Origin: Azolla caroliniana
Taxonomy: Eukaryota > Plantae > Polypodiophyta
DNA length: 64,000 bases
Reading direction: 5' to 3'
NCBI GenBank assembly: GCA_043228905.1
Contig: JBHGNT010000022.1
Span: forward strand, 12,276,001-12,340,000
Numbering within the stretch: position 1 is the first letter of the stretch; each line of letters opens with the position of its first letter. Both the position numbers and the translations under genes were made by a program. Positions 49,801 to 63,089 of this stretch are shown here, piece after piece. The notes under the pieces were generated by a model that saw only the letters and a program-made list of their open reading frames with translations, did no database searches and was not told the origin of the DNA.

Positions 49801-52285
49801 CTTGGTCGCAGACCGGGGGCAAGTGCTTGGTTTTGGACTGGTTGGTTGCTCGGAGCGCCCTTTTTCGGTTCTCGTGGATGACCCCCCTTTTTGTTGAAAT
49901 GATGTTTCTTATTGAAATTCTTTTTGTTGTGGTATCCTTGCCGGGGTTGGTCGTCATCCTTGCCATAGTCGTCCGGGTAACCAGGGGAGTGATCCTGGTT
50001 ATATCTTTCATACCATCCATTATAGTCCCGGTATCTATCCTGTCTATCATACCGGTCATACGCGTCTCTTCGATCGCTATACCGGACATCTTGTGCCGAC
50101 CGGTAGTGCTCCTCTCGCCGCCAGCGTTCTTCTTCTTCCTCCCGGTTGCTCCGTGGTTCAATTTGCCAGACCGGTGGTGCTTGTCGATTCAACAAGTTAT
50201 ACTCACACCATTCCATTGTGTGACTTCTGAGTGGCAAAGCAAGCATTGGGAACGCATGGTGCATTCCAGCGCCAAATGTCCGGCATTCAGGCATATCGTA
50301 CATTGAATTGCTTGTCAGAAACGGAGGTCCTCTTCTATCAGTAGCGTACGCTGAAGTGCGCCCATGGTTAGCCATGAACTCGAGTTTTCCATTTCCCAAA
50401 CTCGGTCAATCACTTGATCTATGTTGCTGGTGCGGAAATCGATGACGGTGCACACCGTCCTTAAGGGTTCTCGGAGTGCTGCTAAGAATATGGCCTTTGT
50501 TTCTTCCTCCGGTGGTGTCCGGCTAAGCTGACTGTGGATCTGCTGGAACCGGATGACAAACTGTTGGATGTTCTCCGTTGGTTCCTACCGGATACTGTAA
50601 AATAAGCCGACCATTTCCCGTTGGTCCATCTCCTTGTGGAAGAAATGCAAGAATTTTGGCTTTAATGTTTCAAACGTGGGGATGGTGCTAGGATCCTGTG
50701 TTCGGTGCCATCTGGTGACCGATCTCTCCAAGGTCATGCCGAACTCTGCCCGTTTTGAGTGTTCCTCTTTGGCTGCATTTAAGCATTGGGACACATGGTT
50801 CGCTTCCCAAGTCTGCTGAAACACATGGACATGGGCTTCCGCATCCGGATCATCCCGGTATTTGGGATATTGGAACAGCATATCGTCGTCTGGTGTGTCG
50901 GTACACAGGCAGATGGTGTCGGTGGTCATTCCTCCTCTTTTGGTGTCGGAGGTTTTTCCCGGTCTTCTGTCGCCGTCGGAGATCTTTCCTGCTCCTTCTT
51001 TGGTGTCAAAAGATTCTCCTCCTCGACTTCCGGTGTTGGAGGTCTCTCGTCCTCGACTTCTGGTTCCGGAGTATGGTCAACTTCCGATATAGGAGTTTCC
51101 AGCCTTGTCAATTCTGGTTCCGGTGTCGGCAAGGTATCTGACTCCTTGTCCTCTGGTCCGCCTGGGGTGTCGTTACTGTTGCGGTAGTTCGTCTGTGCGC
51201 TGTATTCCCTGTCCGAACCCGATTCAAATGCCGAAAATGCTTCGGATTCGCCTTCCCCCGCTGCCAATGTCTAGAGAAGGGATTCCGCTTCCTGGAGGTT
51301 GGTTAGGTTGCTTCCTTCGTCCGGGTAGGCGTTTTGTGGTAGCCTAAGTGATTCCTTGGCCACTCTCCGGATCACTTTCGAAAATGAGCGATCCGCTCTG
51401 ATTTCTTTTGCCGCTTGCTGGAAAGCCTCTCGCTTCCTCAGTCGTTCAGCAAGTCGCCTTGCTCGCTCCGTAACCGGGTCGTTCGTTGGTCGCGTCATCC
51501 ATTCCCGCCGTTGTTCGTTGCGACTGTGCAAGAATCGTGGTCACCAAAAACTGTGTTAATCCTTAGGGCCGGACAATGGCCTAACACAGGGTGTCTCCGG
51601 AAGACACTTCGCCAAAGGGGTGTTACAGGGAGATAACTTAAGACACAACGATTAATCTAACTTAATAGGCTACCTAGCAATAAGGCATTCACTTAATACA
51701 CGCGTAAGATATAACAATTAAGACAGAACGGTAATCAATACATGAAGATAAAACCATATGCTTATATTAATTCTTTGTTAAAATTATACATTGTAACCGA
51801 GCCTTTATATAGGTCACTGGTGCTCCGTACAAAACGGTGCCAACCGGCACCTGTTCGGAATCGGTCCGGATCCGGATCAGCATACCGATTCCTGTCTGTC
51901 TGTTCACTACATAATTATAATCTAATTTACTTAATTAAATATATTCTGAATAACCATCCTTTATGTATTGAAACCACTAATCATCGTATTGTTTTCGCTT
52001 ATGTTTAGAACAAGAAGAAAAGCTCGATAGATCGATTGGCAATTGCCCTACACGAACAGTGATTGATAGCCCTCTTGTTAGCATCTATTCATGGTCAAAG
52101 CTACAAAGGGCGCTCTTGGCTCCATTTTTCTTGCAATCCAATGTATTACATCAATTCTTTTGTAAAACATCTCCCCTTCATAGTACGTAATTTACTCGAA
52201 ACCAGTGAATTGGATAGTGATTTGGTTTCTAAAGATGTTTCGCACTTCTATTGTCACTCTATGAAGAATGAGATAAGATTATTGT

Positions 52286-52620
52286 TGTTGGGTGAACAAC
52301 TCCAACCCCCTCCCAAGGGGGTTAAGTGTGAGGGGAGAGAGGGAAAGAGACACACACACACACAGAGAATGAGAGGGAAAATGAAACACAATGTTGAGGG
52401 GTAACTTCACTATTCATCTTCTTCTTCTTTCATTTCATGCCCCGTGGGTGGGGTTTATATAGTACATAATATGACCGTTACATACATCTACACGTGCACA
52501 TAAATGTGCATGTGTACATACACACTCATCCTCACACTCTCACATTACACATTTCTTATTACACATTACACCCTTAACCCTCTCGTGCACCTATACAGGT
52601 AACAATTACAGGCATCAACA
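52286..52620 (-). mobile_element. Probable solo LTR
   Basis: TGTTG...CAACA inverted termini, a minus-strand TATA (ctatataaa) and CA/GA-rich segments. No TSD. Confidence 0.5.
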
Positions 52621-53189
52621 CATAACTTCAAAGAGCGGTATAATAGTTACAAAATTGTTTTTTATGCATGCACCATTGGTTTAAAATCTACTACAAACCT
52701 ACAAAGTTCTAGCGCAGAACAATTATGTAAACAATTTGCTAAAATTGATCATATTGCAGTATTTCTTAAAAGAAAATATAATTAAATACTTCATACATAC
52801 ACATAGAGCTTAAGATATTTTTAAACGTTTTAATCATGGTTTAGGTGCACCTTCCAAACATCATAATATAAACAATCCTAAACTAGCAAATTGCATGTGT
52901 GATTTAATTATTCACGATCTTCCAATATTGATGTCAGAGCTCTCTTGCGTTAAAGTTTTCCATAAAAAAACTTATATGACTATCACATCAACACCATTTC
53001 TGATACTAGATGGTTTATTGATACACGATAAAATTAACAAAAAACAATGTGTAAATACAATCCTTGCATTTTCACACTCTTAACATCATACTGACAATAG
53101 TCAGTAAATGTTTTATTAGAATTTTCCACCTCATTATCTCATATAGGTGTTATTCAATATTTGAAGGTCAGGGAGTGTTGAAGGCATTA

Positions 53190-53794
53190 TCAATACTCGG
53201 GGTGCGAGAGAAGGAAGGCCTCAATATTGAGGAAACTCTTGGGAACGGCTTCCTTGAGGGCAATTGGTATGTGAGATTTGTGCGTCTCAGAGAGGGCCTC
53301 ATACTCGAAGGTAAAATGGACAACACTTGTGTGAGGTCCAGTCTCTTTGACGTGGAACGTGCCTTTGTAGTGTTTAACAAGGATACCAACAAAGCCGCCT
53401 TCAATTATATCAACCTTTACAGAAAGGGCATGTGAGTCGAGTTCGAGGATCTTCTCCTTGGTGAACAAGACAAGTTGCCCAGGGTGCTTCTCTACGGAGT
53501 TCTTCTCAACATAGCCTATGGGGAAAAGGTAAGGTAAATAAACAAGGGAAGGTGTTACAATTGATGGTGAGAGAGCGAAAAGAAATGTATATTATGAATA
53601 AACAACATACTCTTCACAAAGTGGATGGTACGAATGGAACCCACTTCGAAACTAGCACCCTCATACTCAACTCGCTCCACAACGTCAGGGGACGCTTTGG
53701 GTAGAACTGAATGGGCATCCTCGAATGCGGCCTTCCACACTCTCTGGGCTGACACATTCAACTCCACCTTGTCGCTATACACCTCTACCGTCAT
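53190..53794 (-). CDS. PR-10/Bet v1-like protein, copy 3 (exons 53611-53794, 53190-53515; 169 aa)
   Basis: 184+326 nt exons and a GT..AG intron at 53516-53610. The protein is identical to copy 2. Confidence 0.92.
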
Positions 53795-56700
53795 CTTTTG
53801 TGTTAGTGTGTATGATATAATAGATTTTGTATTAGTATGTATAGTTCACTATTTCTTGATGGAATATGTATACAACTTCTGCTCATCTTCACATCCATTG
53901 CACACATATTTATAGGCACAATCCCCACTCACATTGTCATAGGACTTTAGTTTCTCTATATTTTGAATACATTCCATATAAAACACATTGTGGCTCGAGA
54001 GTTTTCTAGAAGAAAAGTTTTCAAATCTCCACATTCCACTTTCATCCTTATATTCAAAAAGTGTAATTCAAGTGGGGAGAGCTGAACCTTGCAAGACTAC
54101 ACATTCTCACTTGAATAACATGCAAACAAAATGAAGGAAAAGAAAAGAGCAAAAAACCATTCCAATCAATGGAAGATTTGTTAATGACAATGTTTTGGTC
54201 ACACAACAATTGGTTTCCGCACACACTACTACACATTCTACATGAAAATACTTTATATTCAGTTCGTGATCAAATATGCTAAGCCACACATTGATTGCTT
54301 GTCTATGTAGCATATTCTTCTTTTATGAAGATAAGGATTATTTAACATTGAATCAATGGAAAAGACGGTATAATTGAATGTAGAAAGAATAATATTTTTG
54401 CATTGATTTAAACGTACTTTATCGTTCTTTACAATCTTCAACATGGTTAGTGAAGGTTTCAAAACGTGACCATAAAAGTACTATACGTATGAGAAGATAG
54501 AAATAATGGAATCAAGTTATCAACATAAACAAATGGTTCATCACTTGTTGCTCACAAAATAAAACAATTTCTATTTTTTAGAGCCATTGATCAGAGAAAC
54601 AAATTGAAGGGCATTGGATTACATTTAGCAATATCTTGATGGATTTATATTGTATGCATATTGCCGATTCTCTTGAATTGCGCTAGCTTATTATTAGTGA
54701 TTTTCCTAGCAAAAAGGAATTTTCATACATTTTGTAATTATGTGTGGCATATGTAAAGTCATTGATTTGAAGGAAATGGCAAGTCAAATGGGTATGGAAG
54801 AATTTGTTACCTCTTAAAAATGTTATTTCTCTAACTTGGGATATTGCCACGAAATATGCAACATGGATGGCTTCACACAATCACAAATTCTTTTTTTGGA
54901 GAGTATCTTTAAAACTAAAATAAGAGATAGATCAATCGATTTGTGAATTGCTAGGTGGATTTGGTAATAATGCCATCTTGGTACAATCACAAATTCCTTT
55001 TTTTGAGAGTATCTATAAAACTAAAATAAGACTTCAAATCAATCAATTTGTGAATTGCTAGGTAGAGTAGGTAATAGTGTGAACATTTGGGTATTCTATT
55101 TGTGGCTTCTACAAGGGAGCGAATAGAGGGTAACCTTAAATGATATGGAATTGACCAATTACACAACTTCATTGATATGGCGGTATGGATCTTTTAACAA
55201 TAACAATAAGTATTTTCAATGATGTCTCGATATTTTACTTCTTTACAAAACGGATGTCATCAAAGTCACTCAACAAAACTTTATGAAAGACACGTGTCTT
55301 TTGCAGTTTGATCACATAGTCAAATTCCTTCATATTAAAACTAGCATATAACAAATATCCTTTATCAAATGAATGTTTCGTAAGTGGGGAAATGCTTTAG
55401 TCGTTGAGTTGAGATGGTTCGTTGTTGATAAAAAAATCCATAGCCTCCTCAATCTTGTTAGAACCTATTGGTAGACTAGTCCACATAAGTTTTTGCAAAC
55501 ATTTGTGAACAACCTACCTTTAGCTTTCCTAGCTCATTGTTTCTAGAAGATCTTCCATCTCATTGGCTTTTTAGCACATCTCTTTTTTGCATGAGTTTGA
55601 TATTAAGTTCTATGAGTTGCATGGACTTATCTCAATTAGTTAAAACTTTATACTTTCATAGTCAACTCCAAGAATGGGTAATAAGAATGGGATAATACTA
55701 GCCTTGTGGTTTCACCTCATTGTGAGGTTCCTCATAGAAATGTGATGGTTTGTTAAAAAAATGGATTAGTATTGTGACAAAAATATGGTAAACTAGTGGT
55801 AAAAAGAATGGGATAATACTACAAGGCTACTTGCAAGAAATTTATGGTGACATAGGTAAAGCGTTTGGTTTTACACAACTAGCATTTGCAATAGCAATGG
55901 GAGGATTATATTCACAAGCCACGGACTAACAAAAATATGCATCATCAAATAGTCATTTAACTTGTTGTAAGTGTCCCAATGGGCCAAAGATTACTATCAC
56001 AAAATATAGGGTTATTCTTTATGCATATGGACATGTATCCTAGCTAAGCGCTCCAGATCCATATTTGGTCGGGTGGAACCACTAAGATTTTAAACCATGA
56101 GATAGTTGGATTATTTTGTGGAGAAGTGTTTGTAAGATGATAGAAGAGAGAGTAACTTGTAAGCTAATTGAGAGTTTCAACTAATACAAGTAGAATTGGG
56201 AAGTTAAAGATCAAGATTCTGTAAACAATAATAGATTAGATTAGACTTTATCTGAGTTAAATGGATAGGGGAATAAATTTTAAAAAGAACTCTTTGATAA
56301 AATAATATTCAACAAACAAAAAATTCACTCCCCTTCCAATACATCATAGTTCCCATTGTGTAAGTTTTCCTCAAGCAATTGGCAACAGTTTGGTTTGAAC
56401 TTAATCTATTTCAGTATCTGACTATACCAAGCATCGTTGAAAACTCATTTATGAAATGTCAGCAAGAAATTTGCTAACAATTTGCAATAATATAAATAAA
56501 TTTTAATCAAGAAACAATATACTTTCGAAAATGCGCAATCTTACGACATGGTATTAAAGGCGACAAAAACCTTTTATTATCATAAATATTAGACAGTGAG
56601 CAACTTAGCAGCATATTTAGCAGCCGTGTGCCTTTCACATTCATAAATGCAACATTTACGAAACCAGCTTGAGAGAATTGCTAGTATAGTCCCGAATAAG

Positions 56701-57484
56701 ATATGTACCAATGGACAAGATGGTAATATGCTCACAAAATCTTGTAACACAAATATACATTATGCTAATTATGAAATCCAGCAAAATTCACTCTTAAGGG
56801 GCATAAAAAAGATGCTTGTATCACTTTCTTATTTCTCGACCTTTATACATTATTTCACAATCGCAGTGATGGTCCTGAAACCTTCACATATGATTTACAT
56901 CATCAACACTTCATTTCTCTACCACCGCCATTTACAACAATGCCTCCCAACCTGTTGAGTGGCTGAAGGTATATATATCGTTTGACACCCAGTACATCAA
57001 ACAGATAAAATGTAGCGGAACATATTAAGGTGATGTTTATAAGAGTATTATGTAATGAAAGCAACCTAGGCGAAACGCAAATTGCCAGTGGGCTTTCCTT
57101 TTTATCCCTTGAGAAAACATCATCACAGTGGATATTTGTGATGTGATGTTTAAAAAGGATATGTAGTGATTAGGGTCTAGAAAACGGGACGCAATACATG
57201 GGCTCGCACCCATCCCATAGATCATCTTCAGTCTGTCATGGGCACTATAATCTATCTATCTCATTCATATTTTTCCAAATACATGTCCCAGAAATGATTC
57301 ACAACCCCCATCTCTTCAACCGTTGTTTGTACACGTGCCGCCGCCTATGGCCGTGCAACTCCAGATCTCCACATCGTATTGAGATTGCATCAAAGCTGGA
57401 AGTAGAGTATATAAGAGGTGCAGAAGAAATCAGTTGCATCTCAAACCCTCTCTTCCACACAAAGGAATATTACTATGATTACTA

Positions 57485-60400
57485 TTATGCAACGCCCAAG
57501 TTTAAGGTTTCATTAGAAGACCTTCCATCAACAAGAAGCAGTGGCTCTCTGAGATCCTTTTCAGTCTCAACCATGGATGTTCCATATGTAGAGGAGTCTT
57601 TCATATTCTCTCCAACATCCACCTTCCTTTCCCTCGACTTCCCCCAAACAACAAGATATAGGCCCGTAATGATGGTGAGCCCACCTAGCAAGCTGCACAA
57701 TATATATACTTTTTAATGTCAATCCCAATATACATATTAGTTAAAGCTTGGGTAAAACACCACCAAAATACCCCTAACAATTTTGGATGTTTACTAGAAT
57801 ACTCCTCGAACTTCAAAAAATTACTACAATACCCTCGAATTTTGGATGTTTAGCGAGCTATCAAAGTACCATTTTAAAACAGACATAAGGGTGAAGAGTA
57901 TTTTGGTGTTTTCCCCTTTTAAGTTCTAGTTGTAGAACAAGTAATCTCAGATATAGATATAAATTCTATGTATAATATGCACCTCCCCATGTAAAATGTC
58001 TCTTGCAGGAATATAGACGACAAAATAGCCACTAAAATCGTCTGGAGAGGTTGATAAGCAGCAACAAGAACCGGCCCCCCTCGATATGCACACCAACCTT
58101 GCAGAGTCATTGCCAATCCTGATGCCACAACTCCCTTCACAAACACCACCGGTAAAAAACCACATCAAAATACCATTATAACTCAAAAGGTTACACATGT
58201 TTGGGGTAACTCTAGAACCGACAGATATAGATGGGCCCCTTTACTTCCCATGAGAATTATGAAGGGTATAATGCTGAAGAAAAATGTAGCGACAAGAGAT
58301 ATTGGGTTTATATACGTCTTGATATATTCTCTAAAACATGCTTTTGTGCACTTTTTCACATTCGAATCCTCATCCAATTAAGAGCATAAAGAAAAGCATG
58401 GCCTACCCCATACAATATTGCAGGCAAATCAGAGTAGAAAGTTGTGATCCACACATTGACATCCTTCTCTACATATGCAGCAATCAAAGCAAGTTGAATG
58501 CTTCCAAACAGGTACGTAATTGTTGTTGCAGATAACTGAGCAGGATAATCTCTCAAAATTGGATTCTAGGATATAGAACAAGGAAAATGAATATCCCCAT
58601 AGATCGTCAAAGTGAGAGACAAATCAAAACGAAAACAGCACATAGTACCTGTATGATGAACCAGATGGCCCATGTTATACAATTACCAAGGAGACAAAGA
58701 GCTCCTAGTTGCCATGAGACAAATGAGGACATTTCAGCTGGCAACTGACCATTGGTCGCACTTGAAACAATTAAAATTGCAGGACCTTTGTACAGTGCAA
58801 TTAGAGTTGCCCCACTAACACCGATGAATACTCCCAATACTTTAGCCTGGCCTTCCCTTCTTTCAAATTGTAGCTTTTCTGTACTGGACCCAAAAATTAG
58901 AGTTATATCAGCTGACACATATATGGTAGAGGATCTAAAATGGTGAAGACTGATGAAAATATGAGAAACCTAATGTATAATCACCATCAATAATAATTAT
59001 TGATGGATTATCAGTCAGTTAACAGAGAAGAAGTGATAAAGACACAATCATAGAAGAAAGAAAGATATATTAACGATTCCAAAAACCGAAATGGTTTATA
59101 TGATCCAACTGAAAAAAATGTTTTGCTTCTAGCCAAAATATATTCTCAACATTTCAATTTTTGTTTGTTGTTTCTTCATCTCGCATCGAATATATCTTGT
59201 TGTTTCTTACAGATATATCTTGGAAATCCTGAAGTCTTTCTCTACATAAACATTTTCTGTGTTTTAAGCAACAGGCAAGGTTGTTTCATATTTACATTTT
59301 GATAGTATTGTGAACAGTTTTCTTTACCAATTGCAAATGCATAGAAGTAAAACCTAATGAGAGTGTAAACAAAACAGAATAATGGAATGGAAAGTATGCA
59401 CATGGTCGATGAAGAGCTGATTGTTCAAAACATCGAAGGCATTTTAGAATGTTGTAAAAAGAAAAAGAAAATGGTGTTTTCATGCAGCTATTCACACACC
59501 AAGGAAAAAGCCTCTAGATGGAATATTATACAGATTAAATTTCAAAATATGGATACAATAAAAGTAAAATACTTTGCAATCATTTCAACAAACATATATG
59601 GAAACTTTATTTCAAGGAATCCATCACACACCCAAGTGATACGGCTATTCCAAAAGTCAATGCAGGCGTCAAGTTTTGCATAGTCGCAGTAAATGTTGCA
59701 GATGTGTAGTAAAGACCTGAAAGGAACAGTGTCTGGTTTACACAAATTCTGCAAAAAGACGCCACAATATTAAAAAAATATCATGAAAATATATTCAAGA
59801 TTGAATCAATTATATTGACCAAGCAAAGCTAATCCTTGAATCATGGTGAGATGGTTATGCTTCCCTAAACCTTTCTTGGCGTTGGAATCCATGTGTGCAA
59901 GGATGTAGAAATACTTGTAAAGAAAATCTAACTACAGGCAATCCAAACGATGTGATCCCAGCCGAGAAGAATGAGCATGATTAATCAATATGATAGTCCC
60001 GCAAAGAAGAAAAAACAGAAAAAAAGGAAGTGTATGGTTATGCAGCAAAGACAGCACACAAATATGCCAAAGAGATATGGCAAAAAAAAGGATAAGAAGA
60101 ATTCAAGAATCACACAAGCATTTGTACTAATTCCAATATCATTCAGTGAGGAGCAGTTGGACATTCTCCTCCAAAATATGTGAGCCTAACCAAAAAAGTG
60201 AGGCCATAGGCATCAACAGAAAGTTGAGGATCTAAGAGACAAGAAAAAACATTGCAACTAAATTTTTATGAGCATGTAGAATTGGAAGAGGATGAACTAA
60301 CCATTTTCTAAGAGTATACTATATTTACTTTCGCGAACATGTAAATGCAGAAAAAGGATGATCCAACAATATTGAAATCGGATACTCATAAAAAGATATA

Positions 60401-61116
60401 TACATACTCACACACACACATATATATGCTATCATTGGTTGTGGAAAACAAATCGATTAAAATATACAAGTTACAAGCTGCTGCATTTACTTGTTAAACA
60501 AAATAATTATGTATACTAGTTTGGTGTCATTAAATTACCCAATCAAGCCACTCAAAAAGAGCTGAGATAATTTGGAAAGTGTCAATCTCGGACGTAGTCT
60601 CCTGCAAAGATGAAACAATAAATGACTCTTTCTCTCTTAAAATTACTGGCTATATTAAAACAATATGAAAGTATTAAAAGTAATCTGCAGCAGTGAGGAT
60701 CTTGCTTTGAGACAAGGCTGACATAAAGGCAACTCTTCTTACAACAAGGTACCCATAGAACTCAGTTGTGAGAAAGACCATCACAACCACCATTGCCATT
60801 ATTATATTAATTGTCACCATCTCTCTGTGTAAAAGACAAACAACCCTCTTGGAGATTTAATTTGCAATACTAACCTTTCAGAGAAGAAGGCCAAAGGAGC
60901 AATAACCAATGCAGCAATGGCATTTCTGTAGACTGGGAACACACTTCTACTGGTACCAGAGGACAATGCAGCCTTTGCAAGAACCTGAAAGGCAGCATAG
61001 AGAATTTGCACTGATGCAGCAGCAACATGTACTCTAAATGCACTCGCAAACAAATCCTTACAAGAAATCTTCCGCTTCTCCTGACGATCATCACACAAAA
61101 GTTCCTCCATATCCAT
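57485..61116 (-). CDS. WAT1-related / UMAMIT (nodulin MtN21, EamA) transporter, 7 exons, ~391 aa
   Basis: Exons 60875-61116, 60539-60601, 59632-59748, 58649-58883, 58407-58565, 57983-58134 and 57485-57692 are all GT-AG, phase-compatible, and sum to 1176 nt. Motifs: VFPVYRNAIA..PLAFFSER, RPRLT, NQTLFLSGLYYTSATF, AKVLG, YPAQLS, GGPVLVAAYQPLQT, GLYLVVWGK. The start could instead be 61110. Confidence 0.93.
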
Positions 61117-61182
61117 GTCTAAAGTCCAATTCCAATTCCAATACGACCGAATGAGAACAGAGTAGGACACGTGTGAGGAAAT

Positions 61183-61625
61183 AACCGAGGATATTTAGGA
61201 TTTTGGTGGGATCGGTTGTTGGGTGAATGAGGGTTCCATGACCATGAGTGAGGGAAGGTTGCATGTATTAAGCTCTGCCAGATTAGGGTTAAGGATTGTG
61301 TCTTAGACTTTGCTAAAGATAGGGATTATGCCTTAGCTCTGATAGGTAGGGATATGGCTAGGGCTAGGGTTAGGGTTAGGGTTAGAGATTCTCAACTAGA
61401 TCTACAACCGAGGATATATTAGGATTTTGGTGGGATCGGTTGTTGGGTAAATGAGGGTTCCATGACCATGAGTGAGGGTAGGTTGCATGTATTAAGCTCT
61501 GCTAGATTAGGGTTAAGGATTGTGTCTTATATGTACTTTGCTAAGGATAGGGATTATGCCTTAGCTCTGATAGGTATGGTCCATGGATATGGCTAGAGAT
61601 TCTCAACTAGATCTGCTAGGGTTAG
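61183..61625. repeat. ~223-bp tandem duplication upstream of the WAT1-like ATG
   Basis: aaccgaggata..ttaggattttggtgggatcgg...gagattctcaactagatct occurs twice and includes a short (TTAGGG)n run. Confidence 0.9.
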
Positions 61626-62002
61626 TGTCTCTCTATAAGGTTTGCTAAGGTCGGGGGCCGTGTGGTACCTCGAGATTTTATAATGGCTTTCAGAATGAGG
61701 GATGGACGGATGGACGGATTAATTAGAGAGGGCTTCAAGCAGACTCCAAAGCAAAGAAAACAAATGCAAGGGTAGCATGTCAATGAGAGAGAGAGAACAA
61801 TTAGTAAAGTCGTGGCAATATATGCATTATCTTCTTCTTCTTTTAGTGGGGCACCATCATCGAGTGATTGAGAATTTTGTAATTTGTTACGAGATGAATC
61901 GCGCTCATCTTCTTCTTCTCTCGACTTTTTTATTGGCATGGAAAAGAGAAGCTGAGATCTCAATTCAATCGTTTTATTTCTCGATTGGGGCTTTTACATT
62001 TG

Positions 62003-62800
62003 GGAGATGTGGTTGATTTGGATAATGAATCTCAAAAGTTGTTGGACTTTGAAGATTCTTGAATCCAAACGGTGGTTCTGCATTCCCCCAAATTATGGAT
62101 TTATTTGGGAGAAATTACAAGATACACCATTGTTGCATGGATCTTTGCCATTTGAGAGATGTGGTTGATAATGAATTTCAAAAGTTGTTGGACTATGAAG
62201 ATTCCATAATCCAAACGATGGTTTTGTATTCCCCCAAATTACGGATTTATTTGGGAGAAAATTATAATACATACCATTGGTGCATGGATCTTTGTCGTTG
62301 AAAACAAATCTTACACCTTGGGTACATTGGTGGTTATAGGATGGTACACACTTGTCATATGTCACTACAAATATAGTGTATCATCATGCAATGACATCAT
62401 TATCTTGGATATCTCCTAAAGCAGAAAAGGTGTGGAATGTATATAAGTGGTGGAAAATATTACAACGTAGTTGGCCTTCCCATTTGTCATTTTTTGCAAA
62501 GGTATTCATATGGGGAGTCATGATTGGTGGGCTCCCATTAGGTTTAGCCTTAAAGAGATGAGGACTTCGATGGGTCACTTGTTTCTTTTGCACCATTCCG
62601 TTGGATGACCATACACATGGGTTCAGTAAATGTTCTATAGTGTGTATCATTTGGAAGTCCTTACCGAACATTTGGTAAGTTTTAACCCATTCTTATTTGA
62701 GACCTCAACAATGGGTTTTTTCACACAATGTTCAAAATGGTCCAAATGACAAGATAGAGGTATTGTTCCAATTTTTATAATATTAAGAATTGCAACATAA
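62003..62800 (+). mobile_element. Degenerate LINE 3' fragment (zf-RVT) preceded by a ~145-bp tandem duplication
   Basis: AKVFIWGVMIGGLPLG..TCFFCTIPLDDHTH..KC. The duplicated block lies at ~62003-62300. Confidence 0.75.
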
Positions 62801-63089
62801 TTGAAATTATTTGTAATGCTTTCATGTTTGATAGTAGGCATGAGGTATATGAAGAAGCTAAAAGGTATTCTTATGTGGAATTTCTAGTTGCTTGAGCATG
62901 TGGGAATCATTTCCTCAAATGCATATTCTGGTTTTCGAGTGGCATTACAAGACGTACCTCTCCATACATATGATAGGATAGATAGGTACATGGGACTAAG
63001 AAGTGTTGTAACAAGTGGATTTTATATACAATTAATATAATTGTGTACTTTTACTGAGAGAGAGAGAGAGATTGTGTAGCAACCCCTAA

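Larger units (their letters stand above)
40477..51962 (-). mobile_element. Athila-like non-chromovirus Ty3/Gypsy with extra 3' ORF
   Basis: LTRs at 40477-40890 and 51554-~51962 (outer end of the latter truncated). PBS after a T-run: gtttt-tggtgaccacg. PPT aaaggagtagagaccaaaa. Motifs: gag Zn-knuckle remnant YYCRPEGHYSNQC, PR IDGGSGVN, RT WLSPIVIVPKK/VFLDDF, RH VDASD/NYSTTEREAL, INT GHY..CDLC/WGLDF/PQANGLAE. No chromodomain and no second RH seen. Confidence 0.92.

Noticed and set aside
57198-57716. 172-aa + strand ORF
   Set aside because: Antisense to the last WAT1-like exon and 3' UTR. No recognisable domain.
61362-61385. Interstitial telomere
   Set aside because: Only ~3 TTAGGG units, and not the TTTAGGG plant-type array.
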